Below the pieces are notes generated by a model. It was not told the DNA's origin and did no database searches. It saw nothing but the letters and a program-made list of their open reading frames with translations. The position numbers and the translations under genes were made by a program. A stretch of 61,816 nucleotides of DNA, filler included, from Pseudomonadota bacterium (lineage in GTDB: Bacteria > Desulfobacterota > Desulfobacteria > Desulfobacterales > JBDRRP01): the NCBI GenBank assembly GCA_043825735.1. It is 6 parts of 6 records of this genome, joined end to end, with 100 filler letters (N's around TTAATTAATTAA, not from the genome) between each part and the next. Parts side by side here need not be neighbours in the genome. Positions count along the whole stretch, not along the records: positions 25,010 to 55,892 come from JBDRRP010000151.1; 5 more parts are not named here. One strand, given 5' to 3'. Below are positions 39,989-50,188 of this stretch, one piece after another; within the stretch, counting starts at the first letter, position 1, and the number at the start of each line of letters is the position of its first letter.

Positions 39989-41365
39989 TTAATAATGCAC
40001 CCGCTTGGGCTTGCCGATGGGAAAAACGTTGAAGCCGATGGAGTAGAGCGCGTCGTGGTCGAGGATGTTTCGGCCGTCGAAGATAAAGGTCGGTTTTTGC
40101 ATCGAATTAAAAATTCGCTTGAAATCGAGCTTTTTGTACAGGTCCCACTCGGTCATCACGGCAATCGCGTGGCATCCTGCGGCAGCGGCGTAAGGGTCCT
40201 CTACGAAATCGACGGTCCCTGCGACGCCGGCCAGATCGATTTTGGCGTTGCCCAGTGCCTTGGGGTCAGTGATGACGACCTCGGCGTTTTCTTCGAGAAG
40301 TTTCTTGGCCACGGTAATGGCCGGGGCCTCGCGGGTATCACCGGTGTTGGCCTTGAAGGCGAAGCCGAAAAGGCAGATGCGTTTTCCGGCCAGGGTGTTG
40401 AACATGGTGGCAAGCATGTTCATGACAAAGCGCTCTTTCTGATGCTCGTTGATCCGTATCACCCCTTCCCAGTAGTCCGCCTCGGCCTCGAGCCCGTAAC
40501 TACGGAACAGGTAAACCAGATTCAGCAGGTCCTTTTTAAAGCAGGACCCCCCGAAACCGATGCTGGCATTGAGAAACTTGGCGCCGATGCGGCTGTCGCG
40601 CCCCACCGCCTGGGCCACTTCGCCGACGTTGGCGTCGGTTTTTTCGCAGAGGCTCGAAATGGCGTTGATCGAGGAAATGCGCTGGGCCAAAAACGCGTTG
40701 GCGACCAGCTTCGAGAGCTCGCTGCTCCAGATGTTCGAGGTGATGATGTTTTCCGCCGGCACCCAGTTGGCATAAATGTCCACCAGCACCTGCCGCGCCT
40801 TACGGCCGGTTTCCGTCTCCCGGGATCCCACCAGGACGCGCTCCGGGGACTGAAGGTCCCTGATGGCAGTTCCTTCGGCCAGGAATTCGGGGTTTGAAAG
40901 CACTTCGAACCGGACGCGGCTGTCCTCTGAATATAGAATCCGCTCGATGGCCTGGGCGGTTCTGACCGGCAGGGTGCTTTTTTCGACGACGATGGTGTCC
41001 TTTTTGGCGCAGCGCAGGATATGGCGCGCCGTTTTTTCTACGTATTGAAGATCCGCCGCATACCCGGCGCCCACACCGAAGGTTTTGGTGGGGGTATTGA
41101 CGCTGACGAAAATAATGTCGGCATCTTCGATGCCCTTGTCGATGTCGGTGCTGAAGAACAGGTTGCGACCCCGCGCCTGGGCTACGATCTCCTCCAAGCC
41201 CGGCTCAAAGATGGGCAGATTGCCCGAGTTCCACTGGGCGATCTTTTCCGCATTGATGTCCACCACGGTCACTTTGTACCGGGTACACTTGTTTGCGATC
41301 ATGGCCATGGTGGGCCCGCCCACGTAGCCGGCGCCGATGCACAGAATATTTTTTTCAAAGGGCAT
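39989..41365 (-). CDS. ugd: UDP-glucose 6-dehydrogenase
   Basis: IGAGYVGGPT, VNTPTK, EKSTLPV, SNPEFLAEG, GFGGSCFKKD, AFKANTGD. Confidence 0.94.
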   Translation of the reverse strand: MPFEKNILCIGAGYVGGPTMAMIANKCTRYKVTVVDINAEKIAQWNSGNLPIFEPGLEEIVAQARGRNLFFSTDIDKGIEDADIIFVSVNTPTKTFGVGAGYAADLQYVEKTARHILRCAKKDTIVVEKSTLPVRTAQAIERILYSEDSRVRFEVLSNPEFLAEGTAIRDLQSPERVLVGSRETETGRKARQVLVDIYANWVPAENIITSNIWSSELSKLVANAFLAQRISSINAISSLCEKTDANVGEVAQAVGRDSRIGAKFLNASIGFGGSCFKKDLLNLVYLFRSYGLEAEADYWEGVIRINEHQKERFVMNMLATMFNTLAGKRICLFGFAFKANTGDTREAPAITVAKKLLEENAEVVITDPKALGNAKIDLAGVAGTVDFVEDPYAAAAGCHAIAVMTEWDLYKKLDFKRIFNSMQKPTFIFDGRNILDHDALYSIGFNVFPIGKPKRVHY

Positions 41366-41407
41366 CGTTTTTCCTTTCAGAAAAACAGGTTCACGGTACA
41401 CGGGAAA

Positions 41408-41725
41408 GGACAGAGGACAGATGTCAGAGGTCAGATGTCAGAGGGCAGATGTCAGATGTCAGATGTCAGATGTCAGAGGGCAGATGACAGCAAAACCGAA
41501 AAGCAAAGAGATTAGACAGGATTAACAGGATGTACAGGATAATGGCGGCCTTCCACCTTCGCTCTACGAGCTACGGCGGACAAGTCGGCCGAACGGCAAC
41601 TGCAAGGGCGCATTAACCGCAGACAGGCGTGAAAGGCCCTTCGCGGTTCAATGTCTTGCAGTTCCCTGACATCTGACTTCTGACATCGGACTTCTGACAC
41701 CTGACCTCCGACCTCCGACATCTGG
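41408..41725. repeat. Inverted pair of 7-mer arrays (GTCAGAT/GACAGAG)n ... (TCTGACM)n bounding the ugd-ftsB spacer
   Basis: Arrays at 41408-41490 and 41665-41725 are complementary; the family recurs more than 10 times. Confidence 0.85.
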
Positions 41726-42049
41726 TCATTTGTCCGCTGCCGTCTGCCCGCTGTCCTCTTGTTTTCTATTGTGAATCCTTACGACGATCTCGCCGGGCCT
41801 GACCATGCCCAGTTGCTCTCTGGCGCGGTGTTCGATGAGCGCCGGGTCGCCGTGTTGAAGGCGCTCGATTTCTTTTGCCATTTTCAGGTTTTCTTCGATG
41901 ATCGTATCGTTTTTCTGCTGGGTCTGTTCGTGGGCCGATTTCATCTTGAACAGATCCACCAGTCCCTTGTCACCAAAAAAAATGACCAGCAGGAAGTTGA
42001 ACAGAATCACGACCGCTAGGGCCACGATGATTTTTTGGAAGGTGGTCAA
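41726..42049 (-). CDS. ftsB: FtsB/DivIC septum formation initiator family protein
   Basis: TM helix, FGDKGL, coiled coil, IEHRAREQLGMVRPGE. Confidence 0.85.
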   Translation of the reverse strand: MTTFQKIIVALAVVILFNFLLVIFFGDKGLVDLFKMKSAHEQTQQKNDTIIEENLKMAKEIERLQHGDPALIEHRAREQLGMVRPGEIVVRIHNRKQEDSGQTAADK

Positions 42050-42321
42050 CTTTTATTCAGGGATTAAGGAATTCAGAGATTGTGAATTAGCGGCCTGCGG
42101 CCGAACGGCAACTGCAAAGAACATTTTGGCACGGATTACACGGATTAACACCAAATGGGTTAAACGGCCTGCGGCCGGGAACTGCCAGAGGGCAGACGAC
42201 CGAAAAACCGATTAGGATTTTGAGCCAAAGGGACTAAAGGGACCTAAAGGACCAAAACGATCCTAACGCACTCAACGCTCATAACGATCCTAACGCGCCG
42301 CAGGCGCCAGCCGTGCGCCGT

Positions 42322-43635
42322 CTACGCCTTGACGACATTTGCCCTCGGCTCTCGGTAAACGCCTCTGGTGTCGACGATGAGCGGGGCGTTGCCTGCGATC
42401 ATGGCGTAATCGAAAGCGTCGTGGTTGGTGGCCAGGACCACGCAGTCGCTCTGTCTCAGCGTTTCCGGTGTCAGGTCCACCGACTTCAGATGGAATTGAT
42501 ATTTTCGCATCTTGGGAAACGCCGGCACAAAGGGATCGCTGTAGGCGATGCGGCAGCCTTTTTTCTCGAGCAGTTCCATGATTTCCACTGACGGCGACTC
42601 ACGCATGTCGTCTACGTTTTTTTTGTAGGCGATCCCCAGGACAAGGACATTGGCCCCCTTGAGCGCCTTGCCCTGATCGTTCAGGGCGTCGGCCACTTTG
42701 GAAACCACCCACTGGGGCATGGCGGTATTGACCTCTCCGGCCAGCTCAATAAACCGGGTGTTGATGCCGTATTCCCGGGCCTTCCAGGTGAGGTAAAAGG
42801 GGTCGATGGGGATGCAGTGCCCGCCGAGGCCAGGCCCTGGATAAAAGGGGGTGTAGCCAAAGGGTTTGGTGGCCGCAGCATTGATCACCTCCCAAATGTC
42901 GATGCCCATCTTGTCTGCCACGATCTTGAGTTCGTTGACCAGACCGATGTTCACCGAGCGGAAGATGTTCTCCAAAAGTTTGGTCATTTCGGCCGCCATG
43001 GTGGAGGACACCGGCACCACCTGGTCGATGACCTGGCCATAGAGGGTTTTGCCGATCTCAAGGCACGCCGCCGTCTCACCGCCCACCACCTTGGGAATAG
43101 TGCGGGTGGTGAAATGGGGGTTGCCGGGATCTTCCCGCTCCGGGGAGAATACAACAAACGCATCCTGCCCCACGGTAAAGCCTTTTTCTTCGATGCGGGG
43201 CCGGATGACTTCTGCGGTGGTGCCCGGGTAGGTGGTACTCTCCAGGCTCACCACCTGCCCTGGCCTCAAATGTGGCAAAATTTCTTCGATGGTGTTGATG
43301 ATAAATGAAAGATCGGGCTCACGGTGATTGTCCAGCGGCGTGGGCACGCAGAGAATCAACGCGTCGGCTTCCGCGGCTCGAGAAAAATCCGTGGTGGCGG
43401 AAAACCCGCCACGATCTAGCATCTGCTTCACCTGTTTGGAGGGAATGTGTTTGAAATAGCTTTCCCCCCGGGACAGAGCAGCGGTTTTATACGGGTCGAT
43501 GTCAAACCCGATGACGGGAAAGCCCACCTCGGCAAACCTTAGCACCAACGGCAACCCGACGTAGCCGAGGCCGATGATGCCGATGACGGCAGTGTGGTTG
43601 TTCAGTTTGTCGCGGAGATTAGCAAAGTGAGGCAT
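42322..43635 (-). CDS. wbpA: WbpA-like UDP-GlcNAc 6-dehydrogenase
   Basis: [55 protein letters not shown]. Confidence 0.88.
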   Translation of the reverse strand: MPHFANLRDKLNNHTAVIGIIGLGYVGLPLVLRFAEVGFPVIGFDIDPYKTAALSRGESYFKHIPSKQVKQMLDRGGFSATTDFSRAAEADALILCVPTPLDNHREPDLSFIINTIEEILPHLRPGQVVSLESTTYPGTTAEVIRPRIEEKGFTVGQDAFVVFSPEREDPGNPHFTTRTIPKVVGGETAACLEIGKTLYGQVIDQVVPVSSTMAAEMTKLLENIFRSVNIGLVNELKIVADKMGIDIWEVINAAATKPFGYTPFYPGPGLGGHCIPIDPFYLTWKAREYGINTRFIELAGEVNTAMPQWVVSKVADALNDQGKALKGANVLVLGIAYKKNVDDMRESPSVEIMELLEKKGCRIAYSDPFVPAFPKMRKYQFHLKSVDLTPETLRQSDCVVLATNHDAFDYAMIAGNAPLIVDTRGVYREPRANVVKA

Positions 43636-43660
43636 TTGTTGTTCCTTTGTGAATCGCAGA

Positions 43661-43720
43661 GGGCACGGACTGGCACGGACTGGCGCGGACTGGCACGGAC
43701 TGGCGCGGACTGGCGCGGAC
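43661..43720. repeat. (TGGCRCGGAC)x6 10-mer array
   Basis: Read directly, about 25 nt upstream of the wbpA start. Confidence 0.95.
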
Positions 43721-43801
43721 AGCCTGTTGAAGGGAACTGCAAAATGGCAGAAACACTGAAAGCAAAGATATTTCACCACATTTGAACCAGCGTTTCTCCG
43801 G

Positions 43802-44779
43802 TCACTCCGTTTCTCTGTGGTAAGCGCTGTTTTTGATGTTGTGGTGAGTGAATGATCGGTACCACTCGCAGGTCGTTCTGAGACCGTCTTCGAGAGAAAC
43901 GGTTGGACGGAACCCTAGTATCTGAGAGGCTCGGGTGATATCGGCCACCGAGTGGCGGACATCGCCGGGGCGCTCGGGGGCGATTTGGGGTTGCCGAGGC
44001 GCTCCGGCAATGGCCGAGATTTCACCCCACAGACGACGGATAGTCGTCTGATGGCCCGTACCGATATTGAACACCTGCCCTGCCCCGCCGCCTTTAATGG
44101 CCGCAACGCACGCGGCAGCCACGTCGGTCACATAAATGAAATCCCTTGTTTGCAAACCGTCGCCAAAAATTGCGGGCGCTTTGCTTCTCGACGCTTTTTC
44201 CAGAAATATGGAAATGACACCAGAATACGGTGAAGACGGGTCCTGCCTGGGCCCGAAGACATTGAAAAACCGCAGAGACACCGTCTCAAGACCGTACAGG
44301 ATGTGATATAGACCGGCGTAGTGCTCCATTGCCAGTTTTTGCACCGCATAAGGACTGAGCGGATCAGAAGCCATGCGCTCGTGCTTTGGCAGGTCCGGGT
44401 TGTTGCCGTAGACGGCCGCCGAGCTTGCCAGCACCACCCGGCGACACCCGTTTTTTCTGGCGGCCTCCAGCACATTCAGGGAACCGATTTCGTTGATCAG
44501 GGCAGCGCCCACCGGATCGTCGATGGTCTGGGGCACCAGCACCATCGCTGCCAGGTGAACCACCGCAGCGCAGCCGGAAATGGCCTTTTCGATGTCGGCG
44601 GCGTTGCGGATGTCGCCTTCGATAAAACGGATGCGGTCATTGACGGCGGCAAGGTTCCGAAGGTTACCGGTGCTGAGATTGTCCAGCACAGTAACGCCGC
44701 AGCCTTTTGCCAGCAGTGCTTCGGCCAGGTGCGAGCCGATGAAGCCGGCGCCGCCGGTGATTAAAATCTTGGTATCCAC
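43802..44779 (-). CDS. SDR nucleotide-sugar epimerase (WbpP-like)
   Basis: [49 protein letters not shown]. Confidence 0.9.
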   Translation of the reverse strand: MDTKILITGGAGFIGSHLAEALLAKGCGVTVLDNLSTGNLRNLAAVNDRIRFIEGDIRNAADIEKAISGCAAVVHLAAMVLVPQTIDDPVGAALINEIGSLNVLEAARKNGCRRVVLASSAAVYGNNPDLPKHERMASDPLSPYAVQKLAMEHYAGLYHILYGLETVSLRFFNVFGPRQDPSSPYSGVISIFLEKASRSKAPAIFGDGLQTRDFIYVTDVAAACVAAIKGGGAGQVFNIGTGHQTTIRRLWGEISAIAGAPRQPQIAPERPGDVRHSVADITRASQILGFRPTVSLEDGLRTTCEWYRSFTHHNIKNSAYHRETE

Positions 44780-45333
44780 AGATTACACAGATTTGCGCCT
44801 ACACGGCTTAAAAGCTCCACAGATTAAGAGCAAAAGGGGCGGCCTTCCGCCTTCGCCAAGGCTACGGCGGACAAGTCGGCCGGGAACTACCAGAGGTCAG
44901 AGGTCCGAAGTCAGATGGCAGAGGACAGAGGACAGAGGACAGAGGACAGAAAAACCAAGACCGAAGAGCAACTGCAAGGACGAATTAACCGCAGATTGCG
45001 CCGGCACGGCTTAAAAAGCGACGCGGATACCGCGGATGAAGGACCTAAACGATCATAACGATCTTAACGATCCCAACGATCTCAACGCTCCCAACGATCC
45101 CAACGATCTCAACGATCCCAACGATCTCAACGATCCCAACGATCCCAACGATCCAAACGTTCATAACGCGCCGAAGGCGCCGAACCCGGAACGCCGCGCA
45201 GCGGCCAGAACGCGACCTCCGGTCGCCAGACCGGTTTTCATAGCTCCGCCCGGTCGATTACAATGTCGACATGGAATTATCATATTGTTTTTACAGCTTT
45301 TTTATATATAGCTGGCAGCTTTTCCGTCAGCTA

Positions 45334-45561
45334 TTACCATAGCATCTTCAGCTTTTCTCGAGACAAGCCGGTTTCCTTTGAAATACCGTCAAGGCTCTCG
45401 GCATCGGCGTCAAACAGCAGCACCACATCGAAATTGATCTGGCCGAGACTGATGCCGGTGTGGTCGGAGAGTTGGCGCTGGGTGGAGATGTCCCCTGAAT
45501 CGAGGGCATCCAAAACCTGGAAGTCGTTGCCTGAAAGGGACACGGGTAATAGCTCACACAA
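45334..45561 (-). pseudogene. Second EPS-associated MarR regulator copy with a 351-bp in-frame deletion
   Basis: ...GISLGQIN fused to FDVVLLFD...KLKMLW; corresponds to loss of 26161-26511 of the intact copy. Confidence 0.85.
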
Positions 45562-46065
45562 TAAACCCACCCCGCAAACCCGGATGAATCCGCCGAAAGC
45601 CCGGGTGGCCGCGTTTTTGTCATTGCGGATGCCGGAACGCGTCCGGCATGACGACCGAAGGACTTTATAATGCGCCATCAACTCTGCTTTTGGGGTGGAA
45701 CGCAACGCGCTGGGATAAAATCAAAAGCGGCCTGTCTCTGTGTTTTCCTGGCCCGATCAGGTGCGGATAAAACATCGCGATAACAAAGGCATGGCCATCA
45801 CATCGTTAGCCAAAGTGGTTTTGTTCAAAACCGAACACACTTTAATGCTGAACAACGAATCAAGTCAAGGAATAAGCGTATGAAATGATTCATAATGGCC
45901 TCGCGGCCTTCGGCCGGAGGACAGAGGACAGAGGACCCCCTTCGCCAAGAGGCTACGGCGGGCAAGCAGAGGGCAGATTTCAGAGATCGGATGTCGGAGG
46001 TCTGAAGTCGGAGGTCAGACTGCTGAGAGCAAATAACCGATCACGGTCTCTTTTCTATTAACTTC

Positions 46066-46207
46066 GACGAATCTGTAAAAGTTCGAAAAGCCGCCACCCC
46101 GGCGACCGCCGGCGTATAGAAGTGCTTGAAATCACTGGATCCCGAATCTCGCTTCACTCGTCCGGGATGACTAAAAAAGGAAAAATCCGACTTTTTACGA
46201 GTCCATC
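46066..46207. mobile_element. MITE copy 4
   Basis: TIR ends, flanks AACTTC/AACTTT; a homologous empty site lies at 39891-39940. Confidence 0.8.
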
Positions 46208-46480
46208 AACTTTTTACTATCCACCGTTCACCGCTTTTCCGACGATCCCAACGCGCCAAACGATCATAACGATCCCAACGCGCCAAACGATCTAAACGAT
46301 CTAAACGATCCCAACGATCTAAACGATCCCAACGATCTAAACGATCCTAACGATCCTAACGATCCTAACGATCATAACGATCATAACGCTCCAAACGCTC
46401 ATTTTAACAGGATTGGGCCGAGAAAAAACAAAACGGCGCAGGCATGGTGAGTCACCTGCGCCGTATGGAATGCTGGGAAA

Positions 46481-46735
46481 CTAGGCGGTCTTGCTGGTGG
46501 CGATCTTCGTCAACCGGGCAATCTTGCGCGATGCCGTTCGGGGATGGATGACACCCTTCTTGGCAGCCTTGTCGATGACGGACTGGGCAACCTTGAGATC
46601 ATCGGCTGCGGTTTCCGCCGTAGCGGCAAGCATATCCTTGGTGATATTCTTCACGCGGGTTTTTACGGCTTTGTTACGAAGGCGGCGGTCCTCGCTCTGG
46701 CGTGCGCGTTTGAGCGCTGATTTATGATTGGCCAC
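46481..46735 (-). CDS. rpsT: 30S ribosomal protein S20
   Basis: ANHKSALKRARQ...RN...IDKAAKKGVIH..TASRK. Confidence 0.96.
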   Translation of the reverse strand: MANHKSALKRARQSEDRRLRNKAVKTRVKNITKDMLAATAETAADDLKVAQSVIDKAAKKGVIHPRTASRKIARLTKIATSKTA

Positions 46736-47460
46736 AGGTACTGCTCCTTTTTGGGGTTCATCGTGAAAACGGACTTATAAAAAGTTCCGTTTGTTGTGTC
46801 AAGGGATTTTTTGATCGAAACGCGGCAAACGGCAAATGGGACGCGGATGAGCGGCCGTTGGCCGAACTGCAACTGCAAGGGCGAATTAACCGCGGATTAC
46901 GCAGATTACGCGGATGAGCGGCCTTCGGCCGGGAACTGACAGAGAGCAGATGACAGAGGTCGGAGATCGCGTGACAGAAACAGCGAAAGCAAAGATATTT
47001 AACAGGGATGTACAGGATATACAGGATAAGGGCGGCCTGCGGCCGTGACTGGCAGAGGGCAGACGACAGATGGCAGATGGCAGATGGCAGAAACACCAAA
47101 AACAAAGAAATTTTGACAGGATTAACAGGATGTACAGGATAAGGGGCGGCCTGCGGCCTGAGGGCAACTGCAAGGACATTATTCACCACCAGGAACGGCG
47201 AAACCAGAGGATTTCAGCACAAAAGGACCCAAGAGACCTAAGGGACCAAAAAGACTTGGCGACCTAAACGATCCTAACGATCCCAACGATCCTAACGATC
47301 CTAACGCTCATAACGCTCATAACGCTCCTAACGATCCCAACGCTCCTAACGCTCCTAACGCTCCTAACGCTCCTAACGCTCCTAACGATCCCAACGATCC
47401 TAACGCTCACAACGTTTCTTTCTTGTCATTTTGAATGATATCAGTCATTTTCAGCAAATT

Positions 47461-49026
47461 ATGATTTCTCACACCAAAGAGGAAAACCAGGAACTGGGGC
47501 GGGCTGCCGGAGTGGTGGGAAAGGCGACCCTGGTCAGCCGAATCCTGGGCTACATCCGGGATGCCGTCATCGCGGCCGCCTTTGGCGCATCGGCCGGCGC
47601 CGATGCCTTTTTCGTTGCCTTTCGGGTGCCCAACCTGCTGCGTCGCCTCTTTGCCGAGGGCAGCCTCAGTGTGGCATTCGTACCGGTGCTCACCGGCGTT
47701 CTTCGCCGGCAGGGAAAAGCCGAGGCCATGGTTCTGGCCCGCTCGGCCTTGGTTTTTTTTAGTGCGATTCTGGCGCTCGTCGCGGTTGCCGGCATCATCG
47801 CCGCGCCGCTCATCGTCAGGATCATCGCGCCGGGATTCATCGATACGCCCTGGCAGTTCGAACTTACCGTCACCCTGACCCGCCTGGTTTTTCCATATGT
47901 GCTGCTCATCGGGCTCGTGGCCATTTGTATGGGGGTGCTCAACGTCTTCGGCCACTTTGCCGCGCCCGCCCTGGCCCCGGTGATGCTGAACATCGGCATC
48001 ATCGGATCGGTATGGGTGCTGGCCCCCGTGCTCCATACACCGGAAACGGCGCTGGCCATCGGCGTCATCGTCGGCGGCATCATGCAGGTAGCCTTGCAGA
48101 TACCCTTTTTGCGTCGGATCGGTCTGACACTGCGCGGGGAATGGACGTTCAGGCACCCGGCCCTGACCGAGATCAGTCGGAAAATGCTCCCCATGGCTTT
48201 TGGTGCCGCCGCCTACCAGATCAATGTCGTAGTGAGCACCCTGCTGGCAACCCTACTCCCGGGCGGCAGCGTGTCCTATCTTTACTACGCAGACCGCCTC
48301 GTTCAGTTTCCCCTGGGAGTCATCGCCATCGCCGCCGCCACTGCCGCCCTGCCCAGTTTTTCGCGCCTGGCGGCCGATGGGGACACAACCGGTCTCAGAG
48401 ACGCATTGTCCTTCACGCTTACGCTGGTCTTTTTCATCACCTTGCCGGCCATGGTGGGGCTGGTGGTGGTGCGTGCCCCCCTCGTGAGCATGCTCTTTGA
48501 GCGCGGCGCTTTCGATCCGGTTGCCACGGTGCGGACAGCCGACGCCCTGCTTTACTACACGCTGGGCCTCTGGGCATTTGCCGGAACGCGGCTGGTGGTC
48601 AATGCCTTTTATGCCCTTGGCCGCATATGGACACCGGTGCTTATTTCTGTTTCGGCGGTAGCGGCCAACATCGTTTTCAGCCTGCTGCTGATGCCCCGGA
48701 TGGGGCACGCCGGTCTCGCCCTGGCCACCAGCCTGTCATCCGGCGTGAACCTGCTGTTTCTGGTAATCGTGCTCAGGCGACAAACCGGCCGCCTCAACGG
48801 TCGGCGCATCGCTCTGTCGTTTCTCAAGGCGCTGGGCATGGCCCTGGTGATGGGCGCTGTGGTGACGGCCGTGCTGCGCGCCGTGCTGCCAATGGCCAAC
48901 GGCAGCGCGCTTGGCTTGCTGGTGGTTGTGCTGGGAAGCGTCGCGACAGGTGCCGGCGTGTATTTTCTCATGGCCAAAGCGCTCAAATGCCCGGAGCTGG
49001 CGGCACTGGTCAAGGCGATCCGGTGA
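47461..49026 (+). CDS. murJ: Lipid II flippase MurJ
   Basis: SRILGYIRD, DAFFVAFRVPNLLRRLFAEG, YYADRLVQFPLGV, LFERGAF. Confidence 0.96.
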   Translation: MISHTKEENQELGRAAGVVGKATLVSRILGYIRDAVIAAAFGASAGADAFFVAFRVPNLLRRLFAEGSLSVAFVPVLTGVLRRQGKAEAMVLARSALVFFSAILALVAVAGIIAAPLIVRIIAPGFIDTPWQFELTVTLTRLVFPYVLLIGLVAICMGVLNVFGHFAAPALAPVMLNIGIIGSVWVLAPVLHTPETALAIGVIVGGIMQVALQIPFLRRIGLTLRGEWTFRHPALTEISRKMLPMAFGAAAYQINVVVSTLLATLLPGGSVSYLYYADRLVQFPLGVIAIAAATAALPSFSRLAADGDTTGLRDALSFTLTLVFFITLPAMVGLVVVRAPLVSMLFERGAFDPVATVRTADALLYYTLGLWAFAGTRLVVNAFYALGRIWTPVLISVSAVAANIVFSLLLMPRMGHAGLALATSLSSGVNLLFLVIVLRRQTGRLNGRRIALSFLKALGMALVMGAVVTAVLRAVLPMANGSALGLLVVVLGSVATGAGVYFLMAKALKCPELAALVKAIR

Positions 49027-49377
49027 CGGCGGAGGTCAGAGGTCAGAAAAACCAAAAACAAAAATCAACTGCAACTGCAAAGAAGATGGGACGCGGATGA
49101 ACGCTGATAAACGCAGATAGTGAATCAGTGGCCTGCGGCCGGACACCCACTGCAAAGAGATTTAACCGCAGATGACGCGGATAACGCGGATTGGCACTGC
49201 GTTAGTTGCCGCCTGCGGCGGGGAAAAGCATATTGGCACGGATTACACGGATTGCGCGGTTTTTGGCGCTGAAAGCGCCTTAAATTTTAACCGCGAAATC
49301 CGCGTAGCTGTTTAAGCCGTATAGGCGCAATCCGTGCCAAAAAACGCCCTTGCAGTTGCCCTTCGGCCGCAGGCCGT

Positions 49378-49914
49378 CTAGAAATCGGCGGTCATGGTGT
49401 TGTAACTGCTCTCGGCCATTTTTTTGAAAAGCGCTTCCAGAGCGGCGCGCTGGTTGGCATTGGTGGCGGATTTGGTGCTTCCCACCGAAAAAGCTTCTTC
49501 GCCTGAGAGGCCTTTTCGCTCCCAGAGGACGGCACCGTCACTGGTGGCGGTAAGCTTGAGGTCTATGGTAACGATGGCCCGCTGCTCGGTGGTGGTAGTG
49601 GTCCCGGTGTGAGCGATGGCCGTAATATAGAGGCGTTGGATGACACCGCTCAGCACCGCGTCGGCCGCTTGAGGCGTGGTCACATTCACCGAGTCGGCCC
49701 GGGTAAACTCATAGATGAGGTCGTTGGTGAAAATCGTCTCGAGGCCGGTTTGACCGGTGCGGTTTTCAAAAACGGCGATACTCACCGCCCGCACGCCGCC
49801 GGGGACCTTCCCGCCGCCGGCAAACTGATACCCGCAGCCGGCAAACAGCAGAATCATGAAGAGCGTAACAAATGTGTTGCAGCGCATAGTATGTTTCGTG
49901 ACTTTCGTGCCCAT
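49378..49914 (-). CDS. lptE: LptE family lipoprotein
   Basis: Lipobox FAGCGY, FENRT, ADAVLSG; follows leuS; true start may be 49887. Confidence 0.8.
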   Translation of the reverse strand: MGTKVTKHTMRCNTFVTLFMILLFAGCGYQFAGGGKVPGGVRAVSIAVFENRTGQTGLETIFTNDLIYEFTRADSVNVTTPQAADAVLSGVIQRLYITAIAHTGTTTTTEQRAIVTIDLKLTATSDGAVLWERKGLSGEEAFSVGSTKSATNANQRAALEALFKKMAESSYNTMTADF

Positions 49915-50188
49915 GGAGTCTCGAATGGCAGAGGTCAGATGTCGGAAGTCAGAGGTCAGTCGACAGAAAACGCTTTAAGGTCGGATCGGTCCGAAGGCCG
50001 ATCATCCGAGTAATCTGAAGGCTTTGCCGGTGGCCGTTTACTCGACTTTGCAGTTGTTTTTGGTTTTCCTGATCTCTGATATCTGACATCCGACATCTGA
50101 TATCAGCCCCTTGCCCTTTGCTGTCATCTGCTTGCCCGCCGTAGCTTTAGCGAAGGAGGGTCGTCCGCCCTCCGACCGCGTGCCGTCG

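Noticed and set aside
45047..47412. Repeat arrays as CRISPR
   Set aside because: Units are 7-10 nt and contiguous, with no unique spacers and no cas genes
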